64,000 nucleotides of DNA from Chlorokybus atmophyticus (taxonomy: Eukaryota > Plantae > Mesostigma and Chlorokybus algae), in assembly GCA_009103225.1 (NCBI GenBank), contig RHPI01000638.1, positions 806,001-870,000 of the forward strand, in the 5' to 3' direction. The translations under genes and the position numbers were made by a program. Positions within the stretch are counted from its first letter, which is position 1; each line of letters opens with the position of its first letter. Shown here piece after piece: positions 48,406 through 63,000 of this stretch. Below the pieces are notes generated by a model that saw only the letters and a program-made list of their open reading frames with translations, was not told where the DNA came from and did not search any database.

Positions 48406-51400
48406 GTTGGCCAATGATGCAAGCAGCGCTGGACAAGTCTTGCTGTTATTCATCATGTGGTATAGCTCCACGCAACTGGCAGTGATGAGAGTGCAGATCA
48501 GGAGCTTCACTCCCATAAACGAAGGCTCTCCTCTCTCCATTGGTCAAACTTGACCAAGAAGGTCTATCCAGCTTGCAGCACGTTGCATTGGGGTGAATGC
48601 CAATTACGAAGCAACCGAGCAGGCGTATTTGCAGCCTGATGGCGTCAGCCATGCATTGGGTGTTTAGGAATTTTAGCAAGCCAGTACTAAGACGTGTCAA
48701 ACAGTTGTTATCTCTCACCCCACTTTGCCCAAATCTGCAATCTCCCATGGCTGTGTGCAATTCGACAAACTTTGAAGACATGCGGCTCTAATGACAACCT
48801 GTGGCTGCCACATGTCGGGGTTGCTGTAATGTGGCATACATACGTTGCGTGCTTTCACGCAGGCACATGCGCACAGTCACACGCACACGCACACGCAAAC
48901 GCACGTATACACGTACACTCTGCATGCCACACCGCATTGCGTTCTTTATACACATCGTCTTTCAGCATAAGCATACCTGTGAGCACGCGTACTCGCGCAG
49001 TGGGAAGTTCGACATACGCACCCCAACAGGTCTTGGGTTAGGCGGAATCCTCTTCATCTGTTGGCCACTGGCTGCAGCGCTTTGTGCCGACCGCCACGGA
49101 TGCGATCCCTCTTGGTCGCGCCCGCAACCAACTAGGCAAAAGGAGACCTGGTCATGGATTTGGCTGCTGTGAGTCCAACACACATGTATGCGCATGCAGC
49201 ATGTGCATACATGTGTGTGCGCTGGGCTCTGTGTGTGTATGCATGTGTGCGCACGTGGGATACCCTGCCGGTGTTGAGCAAGAGGGCAGCGTGCTGCTCG
49301 TGCACGCACCCAAGCGGCTCTGCTCCACGCAGCAATGTACCCGCCTTGCTTAACATGCACAAACCCAGCATGGTTCACCACAAGCATAGTTATCATCATC
49401 ATCTACATGGCACGTGGGTCTCACCGTGCTCGGGTAGGACGCATGGGGTGCCGGCAGGTGGTAGCTTTGTACACGGTGTTAGCACGCAGCGCTTTGAACA
49501 CACTGGGCACCGTGACGGCAGCCACAGTTCGTGCTCTCAGACTGCTGCCATACAAGCGCCTGGTAGGAGGGCGCTGTGAGTGACTCGCTGAGTTGTCGGC
49601 TGCTCAAATAGCGGGTCGCTGTTGATGCAACACATGCGTGCGTGCCACTGAGTATGCGTGTGCCAATCCGGATTGCGCGTTTGCATATCTGCGCACATCA
49701 AGTTCGCGAGCATGCACGTGCGTATGTGTATGCATGTGTGTTGGCGTGTGCGCGTCTCTTAAGAGTCTGGAGTCAAGACGCTTACCCTAACGCTCCTCAT
49801 AATCAGTAATGCACTCGTTATAGTCATGTTGCACATGTCTGTTGTTTCATTACCAGTGACTCCCAGCACTTCTTGAGGGACACTCTCGCCGTGGCAGACC
49901 GTGGTCCTGGCAGATCACTCTGTGGGCTGTGACATGCCATCGAGTGCGCAGAAGAACACTCCCATTGGGTATAGTTGTGAGCGGTGTGAGTGTTGGGTTT
50001 GCTCCCACACGTAGATGAGTAATCGGCTGTTGGCCATCAGCATCAGGGTGCCCTCTGTGCTCGGGAGCGCTCAATGCTGTGCACACACGCAAAGACACAA
50101 TGACGGACATACACAGTATTTACAGGCTGCCCGACGCCCGCACAGCAGCACAGAACGCAGGGCTGATCAATGCCGACGTTGGCAGTGCCAGGGTTATGAG
50201 AAGGGGTGGGCAGATGGGGAGCTGTGAGTGGGGAAGGGAGAAGGATGGTAGCGGGCAGGAGACAGAGCGGGAGGGGGGCCAATATACCCAAGCTGGTCTG
50301 AGTTGGCCAATGATGCAAGCAGCGCTGGACAAGTCTTGCTGTTATTCATCATGTGGTATAGCTCCACGCAACTGGCAGTGATGAGAGTGCAGATCAGGAG
50401 CTTCACTCCCATAAACGAAGGCTCTCCTCTCTCCATTGGTCAAACTTGACCAAGAAGGTCTATCCAGCTTGCAGCACGTTGCATTGGGGTGAATGCCAAT
50501 TACGAAGCAACCGAGCAGGCGTATTTGCAGCCTGATGGCGTCAGCCATGCATTGGGTGTTTAGGAATTTTAGCAAGCCAGTACTAAGACGTGTCAAACAG
50601 TTGTTATCTCTCACCCCACTTTGCCCAAATCTGCAATCTCCCATGGCTGTGTGCAATTCGACAAACTTTGAAGACATGCGGCTCTAATGACAACCTGTGG
50701 CTGCCACATGTCGGGGTTGCTGTAATGTGGCATACATACGTTGCGTGCTTTCACGCAGGCACATGCGCACAGTCACACGCACACGCACACGCAAACGCAC
50801 GTATACACGTACACTCTGCATGCCACACCGCATTGCGTTCTTTATACACATCGTCTTTCAGCATAAGCATACCTGTGAGCACGCGTACTCGCGCAGTGGG
50901 AAGTTCGACATACGCACCCCAACAGGTCTTGGGTTAGGCGGAATCCTCTTCATCTGTTGGCCACTGGCTGCAGCGCTTTGTGCCGACCGCCACGGATGCG
51001 ATCCCTCTTGGTCGCGCCCGCAACCAACTAGGCAAAAGGAGACCTGGTCATGGATTTGGCTGCTGTGAGTCCAACACACATGTATGCGCATGCAGCATGT
51101 GCATACATGTGTGTGCGCTGGGCTCTGTGTGTGTATGCATGTGTGCGCACGTGGGATACCCTGCCGGTGTTGAGCAAGAGGGCAGCGTGCTGCTCGTGCA
51201 CGCACCCAAGCGGCTCTGCTCCACGCAGCAATGTACCCGCCTTGCTTAACATGCACAAACCCAGCATGGTTCACCACAAGCATAGTTATCATCATCATCT
51301 ACATGGCACGTGGGTCTCACCGTGCTCGGGTAGGACGCATGGGGTGCCGGCAGGTGGTAGCTTTGTACACGGTGTTAGCACGCAGCGCTTTGAACACACT

Positions 51401-51629
51401 GGGCACCGTGACGGCAGCCACAGTTCGTGCTCTCAGACTGCTGCCATACAAGCGCCTGGTAGGAGGGCGCTGTGAGTGACTCGCTGAGTTGTCGGCTGCT
51501 CAAATAGCGGGTCGCTGTTGATGCAACACATGCGTGCGTGCCACTGAGTATGCGTGTGCCAATCCGGATTGCGCGTTTGCATATCTGCGCACATCAAGTT
51601 CGCGAGCATGCACGTGCGTATGTGTATGC
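48382..51629. repeat. Apparently identical direct duplication, 48382-49733 and 50278-51629 (period 1896 bp); the second copy ends at an N
   Basis: The ORF track gives identical translations offset by 1896. The N is at 51630. Confidence 0.92.
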
Positions 51630-51630
51630 N

Positions 51631-51678
51631 CATTACAAGTTCGTCAGCGTAATTAGACGCGCTGACGAACTTGTAATG
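51631..51678. other. Perfect 19 bp inverted repeat with a 10 nt loop, immediately after the N
   Basis: CATTACAAGTTCGTCAGCG pairs with CGCTGACGAACTTGTAATG. Confidence 0.9.
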
Positions 51679-53315
51679 CTGTGTCACAGATGCGCTGACA
51701 ACCTTGTGACTTGTGACAGTGTGCGCAGGCAACCACCAATATGGCATTAAGCTGCGGCATTGCACACAGGAGGCCCATTTGTGCGTGTACAATACGCAGC
51801 AGCGGTTGAGGACGATGCTCTTGCTCTTGAGGACATTGCTCGTGTGCAGGCTGCTGTATCATTGTCGCCTTTTATTGAAAACCGCAAAATTGACTAGCCA
51901 ATTCGCACCCTTATAATACAACAATTGCAGCAATGACAGCATGAGTCACGCATGAATTGACCTAAAAGTGGAAGTGCGTGCATCACGCGCACAGTTATTG
52001 TGACTTTGCTTCAATGTTAGTGTATAATAAGTCAAACAACATATAAAAACTATCTTACAACGTGAGTAATATACAAAGCATGTTGAATTTGCCTGAATAC
52101 ACTAGACAATCACAATAAAACTGTGTGATTCTTATTGTAACAATTATATGATACCAATTGACAATGAGAGCAACATCACTATGGAAAGTGGCTTTTTAAA
52201 AGTTCAATGTAGTTATATAGATTATACATCGTAAGATCTATTTGCTACAACTTACAGCAAATTTGATAGTCATGTACGCCAATGATCTTGCTTTGCCACC
52301 TCAACAGCACCATGGCACGAGTTGTTGGCCATCGTTACCATAGCAGTTGCATTGTGCCAAAGGCTGTGGTAATGTACTTTACACGAAAGAAGTCGATAGT
52401 TTAATTGTGTGATAAACGTTACATATAGGTATTACCTATAAATGTTAGTTGGATAATATAACACTTGCCTGTCGTGGATGGCATGCCAAAATCAAGCAAA
52501 AAACGTCTAATTGCGTGAAAGCATAAAAGTGCACGCAATTCGCAAAATTACTACATGTAGTAGCTGACAGAATGATGGTTAATATCAATATAAATGGATT
52601 AATTGATTGATTGTGTTTACCACGCCGACCTATTCCAACCGATTCTCAACTTATCTAAATGATTATGATAGAATGATTATTCACTGAGATGGTTATTTAT
52701 TCAGAGCAATAGTCTTGCTTGCAGCACGCTCGCCTTAACAATCAAGTTTGTGCTTATCTTAAATGATAAGAAGTGTTCCTATGCATATACAATTTGGCTT
52801 ACGTTTAGTCAAAATTGTAATTTACACAAAATTCGTGCACTCATACAGAGATGAGTGCACAACAGGAGATGCATGTTGCCTTCATGCATGCTCATCATGG
52901 TTTACTTTGCTGCTGATTGGCTATCAGTAGTTTCTCTTCCCGAAAGATATAACATACACAAGAGACATGTATGAGAGCGGAAGTGGTAAACATCGCACGT
53001 GCAACATGAACGCAGTGATGAGATCACCACAATCAACGTGTCACTTGCACAGTTCACCTGCAGCGTTCGGGGCGGCGGCGGCGGCGGCAGCGGCGGTGCT
53101 ATGGCACTTAAGCCAGGGCTTCGGTATGACGGAGAGAAGCATCCACTTGGAGGCGCTAGGCACTGAGCAAGCAGAGTCAAGCTGGGTTGACCGCATGCAA
53201 TAAGTTCGAGTTTGCTGGTTTGATGGTCGGTCAGTGAGTAGACAAGCAGTGGGGCAGGCATTGAGTCGGGGGAGTCTGTGCTGTTGGTATAGCTCTGTCT
53301 GTTGTAAGCGAGCCT

Positions 53316-54485
53316 ATGAGCGATGTTGGTGCTGAAGGTATGAGCGCCGAGGACGGCGACGGTGACGATGAGGCTACTGCTAAGCTGGTCGCGCTGCTCA
53401 AGGCGCTGGCAACCACACGGCGAGTCCGTGAAGACAACGTGCCAGTCGCTGTCATTCCGGTAACAGCATGCCCTTCATATGTTGCTGTGTGTGCGTCATA
53501 CAACACAACAACAGACAGTCAAGGACAACACAGCATTGTTGTTTGAAGATACTTGCTTGCTGACGTTGCACTCAACGAACAGTCGCAGGTAGAGGATGTG
53601 GCAATTCATTGGGTCATTTGCTGACTCAACATGCTGGCCACGCTTGACATGCTTAGGCAGCGTTGTTAGTGGCTGGTTGGGTGAGCTGAGCCTTAACAGT
53701 TATTAAGCGTGCTCTCAAGTGCATGTCAATAAAAGAACAATAAAGCCTGGTAGATAGAGAACTAATCTGCGTATTTTTGGGTGTTTGATCTGCTGAAGCG
53801 ATACTTGTGCGAGCAGCGCTACCTTCCTGTTATCAGCACATTTCATCCGTTGCTTGCAGGGCCTCTACCTTGGGTCCGTTGGTGCTGCCAGGAACGCCAC
53901 TGCTCTGAAGAAACTCAACGTCACGCACGTATTGACAGTCATGGTAGAAGCACAGGTGCAGCTGCCTGGGCTCAAATACATGACCATATCAGGTAGGTAC
54001 TGCATGCTGCTGCTCATGTGCATGTTGCGCATATGCAACCTGTACAATGACGTTGCTCTTGATGGTTTGCAACCGTTTGTGGCTGTTGCATCATGCCAAC
54101 TGAACCTGTCATGGCAGTTCTGGATGCAATCACTGAACCTATATCTGATCACTTTGACCGGGCGTGCGAATTCATTGAGGAAGGCCGCAGCAAAGGCAAT
54201 GTGTTCATCCACTGCTTTGCTGGTAGATCCCGAAGGTCTGGGGATGGACATTGTGTGCACATTGATGTTGCCACAAGCCGCATTGAATTGGTCAGCAATG
54301 TTAACCTGCGTGTTGAGGTTTCTGCCCTGGACAGTGTGGCAATAGTGACTGCGTACCTGATCAAGCACGAGCGCATGACTTTGAAGGACGCATTGACGAC
54401 CGTGCGCAAAGTTCGTCATACTGCACAGCCGAACCCTTCCTTCATGCTGCAGCTGGAGGATTACGAGCAGCGCTGCTCAAGGTGA
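53316..54485 (+). CDS. Dual-specificity protein phosphatase, plant DsPTP1-like, 181 aa, 4 exons
   Basis: Exons 53316-53459, 53860-53992, 54118-54235 and 54335-54485 splice in frame. Motifs GLYLGS, NVTHVLTV, catalytic VFIHCFAGRSRS, AYLIK and AQPNPSFMLQL are present. Confidence 0.93.
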
Positions 54486-55365
54486 GCAAGGTACCACCCT
54501 ATTTGTTTCCTGCAGCTGCGCTTGCTCTAAAGTGGTTCAGGCATGTGCGGAAGGAACCGACTCATGTGTGTTCATAACAGGTCTGTCATCAATCCGGTTT
54601 GACACAAGTCAAGGTGTTGGTGCTCCAAGGTGTGGCGGGAACAGGAACGACTGGTCATTTCTTATTGGCGGGATCCATTCTTGTATCACGCTAGGTGTGT
54701 AGGGTTAGGTCAAGTGAAAGAAGTTGCAGCGCGTAAACTGACTTGCAATCCAATGTACCCAAGTGCTCCGTTGCCACTTGTGGATGCTGCAACCACCGCG
54801 TTCACACAGCCCCTCTCCATGCACATCAGTGTGCAACACTGATGTCATGAGTCAATCTGCCAGTCACTTCATGTACAGCAGATGCTGATATGTGACTGGT
54901 TGAACAATATCCAGCTTGCCGGTATCGCATAAATGACGAGACGACATGCTTCGTTACATCATGCTGTCGGTCATGTGATGGGGTATCATGCCATGCAACC
55001 TACATAGCATGATATGACCGACGAGCAGTGCAAACAGTGGCTACGCCGTGAATGCCTCACACGTCATGCAAGCACCAGAACGAGAGTTTAGTTCTCTCGG
55101 AGCTCTTCATCAACATTCCTCCCGCTAACTTGCAAGCCTTCGAGGTCGTCGGACACGCGGAGGGCCTGCTGCAGCGGCGCTTGCTGGCATCAAGAGGAGA
55201 TGCCTCGACGGGAGCTGCCTGCGAACGCTGCTGCCAAGTGCTGCTGCTGCTGCAGAGCTTCATCGGTGTGCGTGGCTGCACTGGTTCTTGTACCCTCTGC
55301 AACCAACGCTGGTGCAGTTGTTGTCCAGCACGCGCAAACCTTGTTGCACCCCATGCAGTGGAGAG

Positions 55366-55593
<228 letters not shown>

Positions 55594-55878
55594 CTGACAC
55601 TGATTCAAGCTAGACTGGTTCTCAGCAATTGACAGGTGGCTGTCAAGGATGATGGGGCGGCATTCTGGGTTGGACCTTGGCTTGATGTGCTGTCGCTGGA
55701 TGTGGTAATGGGAAGAGTTCTGCGTTGAAGGTTATTAACAACGAAAGCACAGCGCGCAGCTCCATCACTGGCAAGCGCATCCCTATGGCTGAGAGCTAGG
55801 CCTAGCAGCAGCAGGCAGCCAACCTTTGGGCAGGTCTGGCCTGCGCACGGCGTTGCGTTGGGAGAACAAATAGCAGCA

Positions 55879-57833
55879 ATGCAAGCAGCGGCGCAGCTTG
55901 AACGCCGTCAGGACATCCGCCCTGTGGAGCAGTGGGTAGTCGACGACGTCGTCGACTTCCTCGACAGGCTGGAGCTTCATGCCTTAACGCCACAGGTGCA
56001 GAACTGCCTTTTCCGTGGATGACACCTTCACAATCATGTTGCATGCAACAAACAAGGTACTTGCATGGTGTTATGCATAGTGCGTCACGTTGTCGCTGCA
56101 TGCTGATTGGCTACGCCACTTTTTGTGCAGATAAGGGCGAATGCCGTCAACGGCAGGGACTTGCAAGCCCTCAGCGATGAGGAGCTGCAGAGGGACTTGG
56201 GGATGACACGCCTGCAGATCAAGAAGATCAGAAGCAATCTGATGGTATTTGCTTGCTTCAACTGAACTGCACAACCTCTTTAGTAGTCACTGTTGTACAT
56301 AGTCGCGCTCAGACAACCTCAATCCTGTGCATGCATTGCCAGCAGGGCTGCATAGGCTGCGTAGGCTGTTTACACCTGAGGCAAAAAGTTTGCTTGTGTC
56401 CTAGCACGCACTGTAAAGTCTAGTCTACAATACTGTGCTACATTCTGCTCAACGGTTGGAAGTGTCAAGTCCATCACTTAGTTGTTGTCTGTAACTCTGC
56501 TGTTGTTATTCTTAAACATATTCTGAAAGAGCAGTCGCGACAGCCATAGAATTGCATGCATGTAAGCTTGCACACTTGCTGAACGCATCTGCAAATTGCA
56601 GCAGGCAACAGCGCCAACAGCCTTTGACTTGCGTGAAGCAGAAGCACCAGCTGGCTACCCTGCAGTAGAGACTCCACCAGCGCCACATGTCCCGCAGGTT
56701 CACCTCTCACAATGCAGTCAACAATGGGCAATGTTCATGCAGTTGCTGTGATTGACATCGCTACCATGCGCTGCAGCTTTACCCAGAGCCGTTGCGCTCG
56801 CCCATAACCGCGATGCCGGCAACTGCACAACCCGCAGTCGCGATGACAATGCCGCAGCCCGACATGCGCGAGCACATACTTGCAGATGAGCTTGGCGCCT
56901 TGAACAGCCAGCTGCAGCAGGTACGACACTTATAACAGTCCATCATATTGCATGCATCTGCACTAGGTGTGTGCCTTGAAATTGCAGTCTGTGTTCAGGT
57001 GAGAAGTACGGAGTCTGCATATGCCAGCGGCAGCTCGCTGCTGAAGCGGGCGGACAGCTTGCTCGTAAACGCACTGGAGCTTCTTCACAAGGCGGACAAA
57101 CTGGGCGTGGTTGACGTGGTTACCACGCTTGGCCGTAGACCGCGCTTGCTTGGTACCGCAGGTGCGCATGCATTGTAGCTGTTTGTTGGCTTGAGGCTGA
57201 TGCCTGTTTCTGCTTGACTGGTAAAAAACTGGTAACATCGAAGCTGGGTGCTTGCACTGGAGTTGACACTGCTTTCGCTGCAGCGGGAATTTCCAAGAAC
57301 AAAACATATCATGAGGCAGGTCAGATGGTCAGCCAGGCGGTCAACAACGTGCAGCAGGTCAGTGTGGGTAGCAATAGGTATACATTAAAAGTTTAAGTGC
57401 ATTCAGTACCAACAGCACATCAAGTCGTTGATCACTGAGATGCGCCTTGCGCAGAAGCCTCACAATCTTTGCAGGCACGCGCCACACTTCCAAGCATGCC
57501 GGAGATAAAAATGCAAGACGTGCGCAAGTTCACATCGGCAGTGATGGACATCATGTTTGACAACATTATCACGGACGTGCGCGGCCAGCGCATTATACAG
57601 CAGGGGCTGTATGATGTCGCGCTTATGCAAAGAGATGTCCGCAGCGCTCAGCAGTAAGTGTGTGCGTGTGCATCTTGCAAATGCTGTATGTTAATTTGTG
57701 AACGCTGTGGCTTCCAAATATGTGCAGATGGGTTGATCAGTGGAGGAAGCGGATGGGTGAAGATCAGCAGCACTTGGTGGCCAGCGTAGCTGTCAAGACC
57801 AACGAGCTGGACCGGTGTCGCCGGGGCCTTTGA
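55879..57833 (+). CDS. SAM-domain protein, copy 1: N-terminal SAM, Pro/Ala-rich linker, C-terminal helical domain
   Basis: RPVEQWVVDDVVDFLDRLEL|IRANAVNGRDLQALSDEELQRDLGMTRLQIKKI fits a SAM domain. Later exons (YASGSSLLKRADSLL; VMDIMFDNIITDVRGQRII; WVDQW...RRGL*) are conserved in copy 2. Middle exon boundaries are approximate. Confidence 0.78.
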
Positions 57834-59098
57834 AATGACGCTTGCGTGCAATGCCGCCTTTAGCTTTGTTATGCGTGTTGCAAAAGTGTTGTTACTGTGC
57901 AGCGAATGCTTTGTGTTACAGTCAAGGACTGCAATAAACTGACCACGAAGTAAATAAAGTATGCGTGTTGACGCGCGTCAGTAATTCGCATACCCCCCAG
58001 TTGAGTCAGTGCAGCCATTCAACGCATTCAGAATGCGTGCTGGGGCATGTTTTGCATCTCCAAGCGCGCAACGCGGATATACCTAAGTCTACAGATGTGT
58101 GCTGCCCCAACTGGCGCTAACCTGCAACAGTTGTCTTCCCTTACGCAAGTGACGTGCAGATACAAACGCTTGTCTTCAGAATGCATCTTCTGATTGTGCA
58201 TATTCTGATACTCATAGTCAATCACGTCACCAATAGGCAAGCCCATGGTATGACCATGAGGACCAACATATTGTTACCCAATGCGCATCTTAAGACAGGT
58301 GGGGAATGATGCACGGCATGCACTTCCCACTCGCAAGCTTGCGGGATTGTCATGCTGCCAGCAGCGCAAATGCAGAGTCTTCAATCGATTGCAAACAACA
58401 AGCTCAAAACGACCGCTAGTTGGCAAACGCATCATGATGTTTGCTTCATTTGGCAACATTGCACTAGTTGCGGCAACAAGCAGCCTGAAGCCTGTTGAAC
58501 ATGACGCTGTTGACACAACCACAGCCTACAAGCTCTACCACGCTTCACTGGCATTCAAGCCTTGGTATACAGCAGCTGCAAGCCTTGCCCTCAGGCTGAG
58601 GGAGGGAAGAATGCTTTAGCTGCCGTGATGGGGTAGGTGGTACAAGTCACAACTGCTACCCAGCTTCAGGGGGACTACCAGTTGCTACGCAACATGTGAA
58701 TTAATCAGTTGCGATGTACAAGAGCTTGCAGGCTAGTCAGGGTGCATTGTGATGACAGCCTCCATACCAGAACACATAAACCATTCTCATCAAGAAGCGA
58801 CGACTGTACCTGGCTCTGCAATACGCATACGAAGCTTGATACGTGAGTACATGTCCACACATGCAGTGAGTACTGTTGTGACAATCAGTGCACAAGCAGC
58901 TGCTAGCTTTGACTGCACTCACTGCATGCATGCATGCATGTGCCTCAAGCGCGCGTAGCGCCTGTACCTATTACTGTGCAGTAGTAAACAAGCCAGCCTA
59001 CGACGCCTCCAAATAGGAGCAAGTATGAGGCAGAATGTGGCAGGCACGGCCTCAGCACGCTGCAAATGTGCTGCATGTGCGCTGCATGTGCGCATGCA

Positions 59099-59468
59099 CG
59101 CAGTTGCAATCCTCAAGACCCAGCAACGTCTCATCTGCCGACTCCATCAGGCCAAGCGTCTCGTCTGCTTCAGGTCGCCTGGCAACCACCGCAGAGACCA
59201 CCGCAAGCAGCAGCAGCGACAGCGCCGTCGCCGCCACCGCCGCCAGCCCCGCCGCCCGCAAGCGGCTCCGCCTGCTGCTGCCCAAGCTTGCACCACTGGT
59301 GGTGCTGCTGCTGTCCTCACTGCTGCTGCTGCTGCTGTAGTATGTGTAAGCGAAGCTGCTGCTGCTGTAGCTGTAGTTGTGCTGGGGCAGGAGGGTGTAG
59401 CCGTCCTCCGCGGCAAGGTCGTTTTCCGGGTCGACCGAGGGGTTCGCCGAAGGCGCTGCTGTAGCCAT
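59099..59468 (-). CDS. Probable first exon of a single-pass membrane protein with a Ser/Tyr-rich N-terminus; downstream exons unresolved (to ~58.0 kb)
   Basis: MATAAPSANPSVDPEND...SSSS...RRSRLR is followed by the hydrophobic AAGLAAVAATALSLLLLAVVSAVVA and a possible GT donor. Confidence 0.45.
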
Positions 59469-60020
59469 GCGTGCAGGCGGGTCCTCCGGCCAGGTCGCCA
59501 GCTGGCGCTGCAGTAGCTATGAGAACTAGCAGTCGCTGGCGCCATCCACCAAACGTGTAAGTGGTATTTAGTTGCCCAGCATGATGAGGCGAAGTCATCC
59601 ATAATAACGGTGTTACTGTTGCTTTTGAAAGTACATGCAAGGACCACTGTCATGCTTTCGTTTGCTGGATTGTCAAGACCATCAACCTTTTACAATGAGT
59701 AAAGTCACCACTCGCAGCTTTTAGTCACCTTGACCAATGGTCTTGAAGACCATCAAGCTGCACTTGAAGTGAAAATGAAAGATTGATGGTCATAATCATT
59801 GCACCGTGTAGTGCGTCAGTGGCATTGTGTCGTCAGCTGCAATGCATGCTTTGCTTGGTTCAATGACTGATAGCAATTGAAAGGGTGTCTTGCGGCCACA
59901 GGCAGCCGCTTATGATTGCATGGCGCTCAGCACAGCAACGCTACTTCAGCGCTAGCTGCCGTCAGTTGGCTTCATGCTCAAGGAGGTCATCAGTAGCAGG
60001 AGGGTTGCAACGCCACCGCC

Positions 60021-63000
60021 ATGCAAGCTACGGACCATCAACAGCAACTTGAAGCAAGTAGCAGCAGCAGCAGTATGGCAACCTCAGCCAGTGGCAGCGG
60101 CCAGGCCGTTCGCCCTGTGGAGCAGTGGGCTGTTGACGACGTCGTCGACTTCCTTGGCAAGCTAGAGCTCCATGCAGTTGTCCGTAAGGTGGGAAACTTG
60201 GCCATAAGCAGAATGTGTTGGCATGTGAGGAAAAGTTGTTGGAGCGGTTGTGCTCCTCAGCACCGTCTGGCATTGTGTGCAGATAAGAGAGAATGCTGTA
60301 AACGGCATGGACTTGCAAACACTCAGCAATGAGAAGCTGCAGACAGAATTGGGGATGACGTCGCTGCAAGTCAGAAAGATCAGGGCTAACATGCCGGTAC
60401 TTACCTCATACACTACTGTCTGCTTGATTGCTGGGCACCGCAAGTGCCGCCATCAAGCTTGCATGTTCAGAGTGGCAGCTGGCACTTTCCGTAAACTAGA
60501 GCTGTTTTATTGACCCCGTACGCAAGTGTAATGTGTAATAGTGAAGGTCACTGTTTACTAGCTTTCACAAACCACCCACCCTATTTGTGAGCTGAGTGCG
60601 AACCCACTCCCTGGGATAGGCAGTGCCTAAAGTCATGATCATGTTATGGCAGGTCACTGAGTAGACCGCGCGAACTTCAACGCAGCGTAAAGGCAAGTGG
60701 GTACCGGAGCACATCACAGTCGAGAAGCCCGCTGCCATACATGACCCTTATGCGGTGGGTCTGCAAGTTCATGACTGGTAGTTAGCGCGCACATATACTG
60801 TATGTGCTATATGTCCACTAGTAGTTTCGTGAACTACTAATGCAGTACAGCTGGTAGTTGTGTGACTTCACTGCTCGCATGCCACACGTCATGTCCATGG
60901 CACAGGGGGTATCGCAGTACGTTCCCACATGTGAGCCTGTGCCCGCTCCTGCTGAAGGGGACGCAACGCCATTGACGGCAACAGTGCCATCCGAGCAGCC
61001 CGTAAGCGCTGCGGTAGCGCGCAATACCACAGCAGAAGACCTGGCTGACTACAGAAGGCTCCGCGCGAGCATAGATTTTCTGCAAGGCCAGCAGGTAAGC
61101 TTGTGACGCTGCTTCTAACTAAAGTACCGTTTCCAATCAAGGCTGCTGCATACATCGAGGCACAGGATGCCAGTAGCTTGATCCTGTTGACATGCAGTCG
61201 CCACTTGTTGTATTAAAGCTTCCACTTGCCAGCATGTCAATCATTGCGTCATGTCGCTCGTCCGTGCCGATGAAAAACTTGCCAGGTGAAGGAGCGAATG
61301 CAAACAGAGAAGTCAAAGCTTATGGGGCTGGAAGCAGGCATGCAGGCGTGTGCGCCCAACATGCCAAAGTCCAAGCCGAGTTGGCACGGAAACAGGCTGC
61401 AAAGGTGGCTTAATCTGCTCAGCAAGTTGTAGGGCAGTTCTGCAAGCATGCCATGAACATGCATATGTATATGCACGCAGTGCGTGTGACGACGCCCCTT
61501 GGACCCAAAAAGTTTATTGAGTCAAGTTGTAACCCTGCAATTTTGGTAACACAGTCGGTCTTGCACAGCAGAAAGGAAAATGGTACCCTGGAAAGCAGTT
61601 AAGCACGCGCGGACGGAGGCCGCAACTATCAAGGCTCGCAACCGCGAAGCGCACAAGCAGGTGGTTAACATGTGTCAGGAAGCATCCGAGAGTCTGTCAC
61701 AACTACGATTTGTACTACGACTGAGTCGTGACAGACGCTGTTGGATACCGTCAAGTCCGAGATGACAATGTTCATTGAGGCCCCCCAATAAACATTGGTC
61801 GCTACATCAATAACTCTCACTGAGATGATCAATCAGCATAGTATGCTGATGACTTTTCGCTAACAGTTGGCAGAGTATCGGGAGGACCTTGGGCAGCAAT
61901 TGGACATCGTGCTGCACCTTCGCAAACAGGTGACCATAGTGTCTATCACACGAAGGCTTCCTTGCGCATGATGTGATGCAGACGCCGTACTCTGTGCCAT
62001 TACATGGCAGGTTACAGACTTGGACAACGTGCTCGCAGCAGAGCGCGAGCTTAATGACAAAACATTGGGTCATGATGCGCACGGTGACCACGAGAAGGCC
62101 ATCCATAGAGCACTTGATACAATACAACGCCAGCTTGCGCAGGTTGATATTATCCTCATGGTCTGGCCGTGTAATGACAGGTGAAAGACTCCCGCATGAT
62201 GTACGCAAGCGGGGAAACAAGCTGCTCAATCAGGCGGACGGCTTGCTGACAGCTGCCTTGCAGCTTCTTAATAAAACGTCATGACCAAGGCAGTGTGGAC
62301 GTGACGATATCCAGCACTGCAGGTCGCGGTACCACTGCAGTGGTCACTGATACACTTCAGCTGTTTGGCGGTGGAGGTGCGCCGGCTTCATTGTTCTGAC
62401 CGTTGTTTGAACTTATTTCAACATTAAGGCTATGACAAGCACGCTTAGCGTCAGCGACTACTGCCAACGGTTAACATGTTCTCAGCAGGCCCGGCACCAT
62501 TGGCCGTCGTAATGCACACGCCTCGTCGCGAGGCAGGTCAGGCAGTCAGCCAAGCGGTCGACGCTGTGCTAAAGGTTAGCTGCACATTACAGACTCATGT
62601 CAACTCTTTGTGTGCATTGAAGCTCAAGCCAGACGCTCTCTTGCGTGATCGTGTTGCCCAATGCTTCAACCACACACGTGCTATGCACCAGGCACACGCC
62701 CTGCTATCAAACATGCCCAGCATCGACACGCGCACATTTACGGCGGCCGTAATGGACGTCGTATGCGAGAACATCGATACAGACGTCCGTGGGCAGAGGA
62801 TCGTTGTGGAAGGGCTCAGCTCCATCACCAGCATGCAGAGTGAAGTTTGTAATGTGCAGTTGTAAATTGACCACGACAGCGTACTGACAGCTTGCAGCTG
62901 ATGGATATTGTCGCAACAACATGCCAATTTCTGTGTGGTGCAGAGCGTGCCTTGCACTGCAGTGGTCAATGATTGGGTTCTCTTGCGCACATGGCTTGAC

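Noticed and set aside
48446-50110. Spliced gene on the minus strand within the duplicated unit
   Set aside because: Splice-like signals exist, but I could not assemble a stop-free frame or recognise a domain.
52967-53203. Upstream ORF as an extra first exon of the phosphatase
   Set aside because: It ends in TAA without a usable donor, and the gene from 53316 already gives a complete DsPTP1-like protein.
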